From Nemertoderma westbladi (Eukaryota > Animalia > Xenacoelomorpha): DNA of 64,000 nucleotides. The notes beneath the pieces are model-generated. The model made no database searches, was not told where the DNA came from, and saw only the letters and a list, made by a program, of their open reading frames with translations. Every line of letters starts with the position of its first letter. Position 1 is the stretch's first letter. Location: assembly GCA_032718475.1 (NCBI GenBank), contig JAUCBJ010001784.1, forward strand, positions 40,486 to 104,485, in the 5' to 3' direction. A program made the position numbers and the translations under genes. Shown here piece after piece: positions 37,907 through 47,900 of the stretch.

Positions 37907-38454
37907 TGTTAGCTTATCCAATTCCGCTAACATGAACCCACAAAGTAAGCCGTTGAGCAATATTGGGAGCACGAGGTTGATTACCAATCAACCTCGTGTC
38001 AGCCCAGTAAACGGGGACAATAGGCCCCAAAGGAGACACACACAATAAGGGTCAGGGGCCAAACCCCTAACAGAGAGAGAACAACAGGGGCAACGGGAAA
38101 CACACCAGGGAAGGTGAAAGGGCGAGAAGTGGGATATTAGCCAATGGGGGGACAGCATCGACTAGGTACAGTAATATGGCCAACTGTGCAGTACATATAT
38201 TACCTGTTGGTGCTTCCCTATTCAGTTTAGTTTACTCAGTCAGATCAGTAGGGTGGAACGGGGACTTCTGTCACCGTCCGCTACCGCCATCATACTTATA
38301 TTACCTGTTGTGTCATACTATACTATATATATATCAGACTATTATACCTTTATACATATTACCGAACATCAGAACTCTTTTACCTTTCACACACGGCGGG
38401 GACGCGTGGATAGAAAACCCAACGGATAAACCGGGATCCGTAGATCCCGTCACA
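37907..38454 (+). repeat. 5' LTR of element B
   Basis: Direct repeat of 44430-44977; TCAGT initiator-like motifs at 38222-38249. Confidence 0.95.
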
Positions 38455-38619
38455 GTGACAGAATCAGATCCACCCAGCTGCCCTGACAGTGACAGAATCA
38501 GATCCGCCCAGCTGCCCTGACAGTGATAGAATCCTAGCAGCTGCCCTAACAGTCTGACAGTGATAGAACTAGATCCAACCAACTGACAGACTGTGGCTGC
38601 CAGACCACCAAAGACAAAG

Positions 38620-41600
38620 ATGAGCCGAATAGGAGAGACGACGCCGCCGTGGACCCCGGACGACAACCTAACGATCCGCGAGGCCGCGGCGAGACGGCAT
38701 CGACCCACGACGCCGGATCCGTCGACTACAGACGATCCGGCAATCCAAACGGAGGGGGGGCCGTCTACAACGAGAAGGAAGAGACGAGTCGGGAGTCGAA
38801 AGGGAGAAAGACGAGTCGACGCGGAGCGAGGGTCGACGTACCGATGTCGCCGGCCAGCCACAGGCCGAGGACGACGAACGGTCCACCGGAACGGCGACGG
38901 TGGGGCCGTCGGTACGACGTCGGACCCGGAGAGACGGAAGAGAGGTCGGCGACGAGGACGTCGGGGTTTCTGATCGACTTCGACGAGCCTACCTCGCGAC
39001 CCGGGAGCGACTGAGAGAGGCCAAAGGAGGGGCGACGATAGACGAGGTGAGACTGAGGAGACGACTAGGTGAGTCGAACAGATACTTTGATTACCTAGTG
39101 TGTTCTGGGCAGAGAGAACTAGCCGAGGAGAGAGCGAGGGGGGTTGCCAACGAACTGATTGAACTATGGGAATGTGGGGGTATGGAACCTAGTGTAGTGT
39201 ACATAGGGCCATACTTAGTCGATGCCCGGGGAGTAAAATTAGTGGGTTGGAAGAGACCTGAGGAGGGCGAATCCGAGGTTAACTCCGAGGATTCGGTCTC
39301 GTCGGTCGGAGGAAGTTCCGGGAGGCGGGGGAAAGTTAGTAGGACGGAGGGGCGGCGGGAGTCCGTCGCAACCGATAAGTCTGCTACATCCTCCGTAAAA
39401 GAAAGAAGGGTGCGGGAGATAAATCTAGAGTATAAATTAGAAATGGTGGCGAATAAGCAGGAATGGTTAGAGTGGCAGCTGAGAGAGAAAACCGCATACT
39501 TAGAGAAGTTAGGAGAGTTGGCGAGGGAGTATAGAAAGAGAGTCGAGGAGTGTATAGAGCGGGAGATGAGAGTAGGGGACGAGCCGGCGACGTGGCTTGA
39601 GATAATTGCGAGAGTTGAGTTGTTCGAGCAGGATAACCGAGAGAGAGAGATAGAGATAGAGCGTGAGCGGGATGATTTGCGTGCTCAGCTAGGGAGGCTT
39701 GCGCAATATCAAGCCAAACTAGACCAGCGCCGACTAGAACTGGCGTGGTTGGAACTATCAGAGAGTGAGACCCCACTTACAGGCACCGGGCGAGAGAACC
39801 AGAACTGGTGTAGCCGTACGGGCGGGGGGGGGGGGGGTAATAGTAGTACGTTAGAAGTAGTTAATATTAATAGTACCGTAGTAGATAACCCTAATCCCTT
39901 TATTACAGGAAATAATATTTTACCGGGTAGTAGTAATTTAAATTTAAATACAAATATTCTAAATAATAATTTCAATTCAAACCCGCAAAATAATTCGAAT
40001 AATAATTTAAGTTTAGAGAATAGTAGTGATCTAAGTAATTTAAATAATTTAAATAATAATCCCGTTTCAAATTCTAATAATTTAATTGATTTAACAAATA
40101 ATATTGGGAATGGTGCTATTAATATGAGCGTGTCGGACGTACATAACCCGGCAGACGGTGGCCTGGTAGGCCACGTAGTTAGTAGGCAGGAAGTGGCAGG
40201 GTTGAGCCAACCCGACGGCGGCCTGGTAGGCCACGTAGTTGGTAGGCAGGAGGTAGCGGGGTTGAGCCAACCCGAAGGTGGGCCTGGTGGGCCACGCAGT
40301 AGTAGAGAGAGAGGCGGGGGTGAATAGACCCAGCCGTAGTAGAGACAGTGCGTCGACTAGAGAGGGGTGTAGAGACGAAGTAAGAGATAGTGAAGTTAGA
40401 TGTGGCGAGTGGGGGGGGGGGCTACCGGCGCCCCACCACATAAGATTAGTGGCGAGAGAGGGGGGGCAGAGAATGCCCCACAAGAGGGACGCAGAAGTGT
40501 AGTAAGAGATAGTGAAGTTAGAAGTGGCGGGTGGGGGGGGGGCTACGGACACCCCACCGCGAGAAGTTAGTAGAGAGAGAGGGGGGGCAGAGAGTGTCCC
40601 ACAGCCGTCAGCGGATAATGCGCGGGCCGAATCAGGTAAACCGCAACACCCGGCGACGGAGAGTAATAGGGGGATTGCGAGTATCCCCAGCGGCGTGCGA
40701 TCGAGCAGAGAGAGGCAGGTTGACGTCGCGAGAGGGCAGACGAAGCGTCGAGCCCGATCAGAAGAGGGAAGAAGAACAGTGGAGTTTAACCGGGAGGTCG
40801 ACGAGAGATCTCATGAGCCGGAATACTGCACTGAAAAGAGAAGAAGAGGAGATAGTAGAAAAGGTGTCGCCACGAACGATAGGAGTGTGAGGACAGATAG
40901 CGGACCGTCGATAGTAGAGATGGAGTTAGGGAGTCAGTGGGGTCGAACTTCGGGAGATTGCCGTCGCCCCGGAGAAACGCACCGCACGCCAAGAGAGGGG
41001 TACAGGACGTACCAATACAAGTCGAGAACAGGAGAGGGGATCGAAGAGAAGCTTCCCGACGGGATATAGCTGCCGATCGAGAGTACGGTAGTCGCGGGGA
41101 GATTCGAGATTCGCGAAGAATAAACTTCGGTTCGGAAGGGCACATGCAGACTGCAGGACATACTGTAGGCCTTACTGCACATACTATTATAGGCCATGCT
41201 GGGAGAGATAGAGTAGGCGATGGGGTAGCGCGAACGACGGGATTAAACCCGGAAGTCGCGGAGTACATACCGGTAGGTAGGCGAGAGGTAGGTAGGCCTA
41301 TATCGGTACAGCAGCATGACTATAATACACAGGGACATAACATATATCCAGGGGAGGGGAGAGTTATTGGAGATAGACGTATGGGCCCCAATGTATTAAC
41401 ATCAACCCCAGTACCAAACATACCGGCCGGGGGGGGACAGGGTGACATTCCCCCATCACAATATCGACAATATACCCCGATAGGAGCAAGAACATCGAAC
41501 TCCCTGGACGAGAACAGGTCGTGCGGACAGTCACCACCACACGCGGCCGTACAGGGGACTGCTAGTCCACAGTTAGCTGGTAGCAGGGCCACACCGTGGC

Positions 41601-41974
41601 AGGGACAGGAAGAAAATAACACCAAAAATAAACACAATCCCAATATACCCAGTAGGCCGAGTCTAGACAATCGAAACATTAAATCGGTACATATAAACCT
41701 AAGCGCGATACGTGAAGGACTATACAGGAAACGCTATAATCCAGGATTCCAATGTCAATTACATCGGGACGGAACCCATAAGACCAGGAGTTGCAAGTAC
41801 TGGCAAGCGTTGCCCAAACGAGATCGTGTAGCCTACACAGACGCAAACGGACTATGTCATCGATGTGTGGTAAAAGGACACAGATCCGGAGAGTGTTGGA
41901 AAGGGAGAGGATATGAAAGGACTAAACCAGGGGCAGAGAAGCCCATGAGCAAACATAAGGAGTCGGGAAAGTAG
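38620..41974 (+). pseudogene. Broken gag of element B (coiled coil, Asn-rich tract, Cys/His knuckles); capsid-like region and protease deleted
   Basis: ORFs 38900-40327, 40512-41069 and 40937-41974 are homologous to element A gag; jumps from DENRSC directly to GQSPPH; CQLH...HKTRSC and CHRC..KGH...EC. Confidence 0.82.
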
Positions 41975-41982
41975 AAGGAGGC

Positions 41983-42200
41983 GTGTTGCATACACACGCA
42001 GGACTGACACAGTGCGAGGGGGCATTACATGGGCAGACACCGCGTATACCGAGGGACGAGCGGGGGTCGTCGAGGGCTCTAATGCCAGCGCACATACGAA
42101 GGGGGAGGCCAGCAAAGGTGGCACCGAAGAGAGTGTGGCGAAGAGTTAGAGGACGTATAGGAGGGCAGCAGGAGAGTGCCTACTGGAAGAAGGGGCACGT
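41983..42200 (+). pseudogene. Integrase C-terminal remnant of element B
   Basis: LHTHAGLTQCEGALHG...RALMPAHIRRGRP matches the remnant in element A. Confidence 0.6.
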
Positions 42201-42339
42201 GAGAGTTTTTAGTCGTCCAAAGTTTTGGACTGAGGGGGGTGGGAATGAGGGCGAGACGCCCTTCCCACGCATAAAATATAAAATAATTATTTAATTAAAA
42301 TTAATGAAAATAATTAAATAATAGAGTAGGTAGAAGTTA

Positions 42340-43790
42340 GGTAGTAAGAGTTAGTTAGTTAGTTAGTTAGTTAAGGGTGGTACGTAGTACCGATAGTTAG
42401 TTAGAGAGTTAGAGGGTACGTAAGTACCGCTAGTTAGTTAGAGAGTTAGAGGGTACGTAAGTACCGCTAGTTAGTTAGAGAGTTAGAGGGTACGTAAGTA
42501 CCGCTAGTTAGTTAGAGTTAGAGGGTACGTAAGTACCGCTAGTTAGTTAGAGGGTTAGAGGGTACGTAAGTACCGCTAGTTAGTTAGAGAGTTAGAGGGT
42601 ACGTAAGTACCGCTAGTTAGTTAGAGTTAGAGGGTACGTAGTACCGCTAGTTAGTTAGAGAGTTAGAGGGTACGTAAGTACCGCTAGTCAGTTAGAGAGC
42701 TAGAGGGTACGCAGTACCGTTAGAGAGTAGGAGTTAAGGGGTACGTAGTACCGTTAGAGAGTTAGTAAGAGTAAGAGGGTACGTAGTACCGCTAGCTAGT
42801 AGAGAGAGCTAGAGTAGTAAGAGGGTACGTAGTACCGCTAGTTAGGAGTGTTAGTAGAGTAGTAGAATGGTTGTGGGCACCGTAAGCGCCACATAGATAG
42901 TAGTAGCAGTAGAGGGTTGTGGGCACCGTAAGCGCCACGTAGTTAGAGTTAGTAGGGAATGCGCTGAACTTAGTGGGGCACGGGCGTGATGATGTGTTTG
43001 ATGTAAGAGCAGGGTATGTTAATTAGAGTTAGTGGGAGTTAGAGGTTAGTAAGAGGGTACGTAGTACCGGTTGTGGTTGTGGGCACCGTTAGCGCCACGT
43101 AGATAGAGGTAGAGTTAGTAAGAGGGTACGTAGTACCGGTTGTGGTTGTGGGCACCGTTAGCGCCACGTAGATAGAGGTAGAGTTAGTAAGAGGGTACGT
43201 AGTACCGGTTGTGGTTGTGGGCACCGTTAGCGCCACGTAGATAGAAGTTAGTAGAGTTAGTAAGAGTTAGTAGTAGTTCACATAATTAACGTACCCACTC
43301 TGCCGGCACTCAGAGCGTCACGTGCAGGCGAGTGGATGTAAAGGAAGTAAGTTAGAGATAGAGTAGAGTAGTAGAGAGGGCACATAGGGTGCCAGGTAGT
43401 AGAGTAGAGTGTTAGAGGTAGCAGAGAGGGCACATAGGGTGCCAGAGAGTAGAATAGTAGAGACGGGCACATAGGGTGCCAGGTAGTAGAGTTAGAGAGT
43501 TAGAGATAGAGTAGAGTAGTAGAGACGGGCACATAGGGTGCCAGGTAGTAGAGTTAGAGAGTTAGAGATAGAGTAGAGTAGTAGAGAGGGCACATAGGGT
43601 GCCAGGTAGTAGAGTTAGAGAGGTAGTAGTGTAGTAGAGAGGGCACATAGGGTGCCAGGTAGTAGAGTAGAGCAGAGAGGGCACATAGGGTGCCAGGTAG
43701 TAGAGCTAGAGAGGTAGTTGAGTAGTAGAAGGGCACATAGGGTGCCAGATAGTAGAGTGGTTGTGGGCACCGCAAGCGCCACGTAGTTAG
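42340..43790 (+). repeat. Tandem hairpin arrays in the 3' region of element B (37-bp, 72-bp and ~40-70-bp units)
   Basis: GGTAC-GTAA/GTA-GTACC, GTGGGCAC...GCGCCAC and GGCAC-ATAGG-GTGCC repeated in C-poor purine-rich spacers. Confidence 0.9.
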
Positions 43791-44390
43791 AAGAGTGGGT
43801 AGAGTTAGGGAGTTCTAGTTAAAGGGCTAGAGAGTTGGTAGACTAGAGAGTCAAGTAGAGTTAGTAGAAGTAGAGAGTAGTAGGAGTTAGTTAGACTTAG
43901 TAGTGCTAGTTAGAGTCGGAGAGTTAGTAGAAAGTTAGAGGCTCTCAGTTAGAGCTAGAAGTAGTAAGAGTTAGTAGTTAGCAGAGTTAGTTAGATAGTT
44001 AGAGTTAGTAAGCAGTAGGTAGATAGTATGATAGCACAGGGGTAGCATTAGAGATTAAAGCCTTAGGGAGTGGCAAGAGAGTGGAGAGGTGATAGTGCAG
44101 AGTGCGAAGAGAGCGTGGGCGCAATTCAAGTGTGGGGGAGGAGAAGTGAGAGGAAGAGTGTGGGACGAGGAGGTCCGGGAGTATGAGAGAGTTGGAGTAG
44201 AGTGGTGAGAGTGTTGGGGAAACAAAAATTGTGTGAGAGAAGCGCACGATCGGCCCGACACGAGACGCCAGAGGGTAGCAATATCATACCCATAGGGAGC
44301 GGCCCGGAAAGCCGGCTCCGAAAGAAAATAACCCACCCCACACCCGATACTAGATCGGGATCCAGCGGAATTGTAGCGCACTTTTTGGTG

Positions 44391-44429
44391 GATGCTATCT
44401 TCTCACCGGGAAGATAGCATGGGGGGGAG
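44391..44429 (+). promoter_or_regulatory. Hairpin plus polypurine tract of element B
   Basis: GATGCTATCTTC-TCACCGG-GAAGATAGCAT-GGGGGGGAG directly before the 3' LTR TG. Confidence 0.88.
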
Positions 44430-44977
44430 TGTTAGCTTATCCAATTCCGCTAACATGAACCCACAAAGTAAGCCGTTGAGCAATATTGGGAGCACGAGGT
44501 TGATTACCAATCAACCTCGTGTCAGCCCAGTAAACGGGGACAATAGGCCCCAAAGGAGACACACACAATAAGGGTCAGGGGCCAAACCCCTAACAGAGAG
44601 AGAACAACAGGGGCAACGGGAAACACACCAGGGAAGGTGAAAGGGCGAGAAGTGGGATATTAGCCAATGGGGGGACAGCATCGACTAGGTACAGTAATAT
44701 GGCCAACTGTGCAGTACATATATTACCTGTTGGTGCTTCCCTATTCAGTTTAGTTTACTCAGTCAGATCAGTAGGGTGGAACGGGGACTTCTGTCACCGT
44801 CCGCTACCGCCATCATACTTATATTACCTGTTGTGTCATACTATACTATATATATATCAGACTATTATACCTTTATACATATTACCGAACATCAGAACTC
44901 TTTTACCTTTCACACACGGCGGGGACGCGTGGATAGAAAACCCAACGGATAAACCGGGATCCGTAGATCCCGTCACA
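44430..44977 (+). repeat. 3' LTR of element B
   Basis: Direct repeat of 37907-38454. Confidence 0.95.
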
Positions 44978-47900
44978 ATACATTTTATTAGATTTGCTCC
45001 ACATATGGTATCTAATTATCCTTGATCTATGCGTCTAGCCATTGAGTTGTTAATCAACAACGCTAGATAGCGAGAAAAAGTTTATTCTATATGCAAAATG
45101 GAACGCCTAGTGGCAGTATATAGAACTGCACTGGAGCAATAACTGCAATGAGGTTCTCCGAGGAGAATATCTTCATTTAATTACCAATAGATTGTCTTAA
45201 CCCTACTACTACTCCAGGGACAATGCCTTAATCCCAGTATTCAAGTACTCCAGGGAGAATGTATTAGTTCCAGTACGCAACAGAAGAGGTTATAGTTCAA
45301 GTACTCAATGTAGGAGGTATTACTTATAGTACTCAATGTAGGAGGTATTTGTTCCAGTACTCAAAGTATGAGGAATTAGTTCCAGTTCTCAATGGAAGAT
45401 GAATTAGTTACAGTTCTCAATGGGGGAGGAATTAGTTCCAGTACCGAATGATGCGGTCTTAGTACAATACTGAAAGGAGAATATCTAACTTCTACTGCTT
45501 CAGGAACAATGTATTTCTTTCAGTACTCAAAGGAGCAGTATGGCTTGGATAAATGGAGTCTTAGTTCCAGTACTACTGGAACAATGTATGTATTAGTCCC
45601 ATTAATCAAGGGATAATGTTTCCAATACTACAGGCGTGGGATAATGTATTATTCCCTGTATCACAGTAAACTAGGTATTAGTTCCAGTACTCAATGGATG
45701 AGGTATTAGATCCAGTACTCAATGTAGGAGGTATTAGTTCCAGTACTCAATGGAGGAGGTATTAGTTCCAGTACTCAATGGATGAGGTATTAGTTAAGTA
45801 CTCAATGTAGGAGGTATTAGTTCCAGTACTCAATGGAGGAGGTATTAGTTCCAGTACTCAATGGAGGAGGTATTAGTTCAAGTACTCAATATAGGAGGTA
45901 TTAGTTCCAGTACACAATGGAGGAGGTATTAGTTCAATCCAGTACTCAATGGAGGAGGTATTAGTTACAGTACTCAATGGAGGAGGTATTAGTTACAGTG
46001 CTCAATGGAGGAAGTATCTTTTATATATTAATACATTTTATTAGATTTGCTCCATATATGGTATCTAATTATCCTTGATCTATGCGTCTAGCCATTGAGT
46101 TGTTAATCAACAACGACTAGATAGCGAGAAAAAGTTTATTCTATATGCAAAAGGGAACGCCTAGTGGCAGTATATAGAACTGCACTGGAGCAATAACTGC
46201 AATGAGGTTCTCCAGGGAGAATCTCTTAATTTAATTACTAAGAGATTGTCTTAACCCTACTACTACTCCAGGGACAATGCCTTAATCCCAGTATTCAAGT
46301 ACTCCAGGGAGAATGTATTAGTTCCAGTATGCAACAGAAGAGGCAATAGTTCAAGTACTCAATGTAGGAGGTATTAGTTATAGTACTCAATGTAGGAGGT
46401 ATTAGTTAAAGTACTCAATGTACGAGATATTAGTTATAGTACTCAATGTAGGAGGTATTTGTTCCAGTACTCAAAGTAGGAGGAATTAGTTCCAGTTCTC
46501 AATGGCGGATGAATTATTTACAGTTCTCAATGGGGGAGGAATTAGTTCCAGTACTGAATGATGCGGTCTTAGTCTTAGTACAATACTGAAAGGAGAATGT
46601 CTAACTTCTACTGCTTCAGGAACAATGTATTTCTTTCAGTACTCAAAGGAGGCATGGCTTGGATAAATGGAGTCTTAGTTCCAGTACTACTGGGACAATG
46701 TATGTATTAGTCCAATTAATCAAGGGATAATGTTTCCAATACAACAGGCCTGGGAGAATGTCTTATTCCCTGTATCACAGTAAACTAACACTTTTAGCCC
46801 TTTTGCGAACTTGTTCCACCGCTGGTTATCTTCTTATCCTTGATCTATGCGTCTAGCCATTGAGTTGTTAATCAACAACGCTAGATAGCGAGAAAAAGTT
46901 TATTCTATATGCAAAAGGGAACGCCTAGTGGCAGTATATAGAACTGCACTGGAGCAATAACTGCAATGAGGTTCTCCGAGGAGAATATCTTCATTTAATT
47001 ACTAATAGATTGTCTTAACCCTACTACTACTCCAGGGACAATGCCTTAATCCCAGTATTCAAGTACTCCAGGGAGAATGTATTAGTTCCAGTACGCAACA
47101 GAAGAGGCAATAGTTCAAGTACTCAATGTAGGAGGTATTAGTTATAGTACTCAATGTAGGAGGTATTAGTTATAGTACTCAATGTAGGAGGTATTTGTTC
47201 CAGTACTCAAAGTAGGAGGAATTAGTTCCAGTTCTAAATGGGGGATGATTTATTTACAGTTCTCAATGGGGGAGGAATTAGTTCCAGTACTGAATGATGC
47301 GGTCTTAGTCTTAGTACAATACTGAAAGGAGAATGTCTAACTTCTACTGCTTCAGGAACAATGTATTTCTTTCAGTACTCAAAGGAGCAGCATGGCTTGG
47401 ATAAATGGAGTCTTCGTTCCAGTACTACTGGAACAATGTATGTAATAGTCCCATTAATCAAGGGATAATGTTTCCAATACAACAGGCCTGGGAGAATGTC
47501 TTATTCCCTGTATCACAGTAAACTAACACTTTTAGCCCTTTTGCGAACTTGTTCCACCGCTGGTTATCTTCTTATCCTTGATCTATGCGTCTAGCTATTG
47601 AGTTGTTAATCAACAACGCTAGATAGCGAGAAAAAGTTTATTCTATATGCAAAAGGGAACGCCTAGTGGCAGTATATAGAACTGCACTGGAGCAATAACT
47701 GCAATGAGGTTCTCCAGGGAGATTTAATTACTAAGAGATTGTTTTAGCCCTACTACTCCAGGGGCAACAACGCCTTAATCCCAGTACTCAAGTACTCCAG
47801 GGAGAATGTCTTAGTTCCAGTACTCATTGTAAAATTAATTAGTCAAGTACTCAATGGAGGAGGTATTAGTTCCAGTACTCAATGGAGGTGGTATTAGTTC

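Larger units (their letters stand above)
37907..44977 (+). mobile_element. BEL/Pao-derived non-autonomous LTR element B, recent insertion, 5-bp TSD ATACA
   Basis: LTRs 37907-38454 and 44430-44977 (548 bp, TGTTAG...TCACA, no differences seen); ATACA at 37902-37906 and 44978-44982; empty site TATTAATACATTTTATTAG in sister satellite blocks (~49482, ~53864). Confidence 0.95.

Noticed and set aside
46554-46595. Hammerhead-like CTGAATGA...GAAA in the satellite
   Set aside because: Does not match the CUGANGA core and the required stems are not evident.
46776-46835. Possible spliced-leader RNA gene in the satellite spacer, given CRE elements nearby
   Set aside because: No convincing splice donor plus Sm-site arrangement on either strand.
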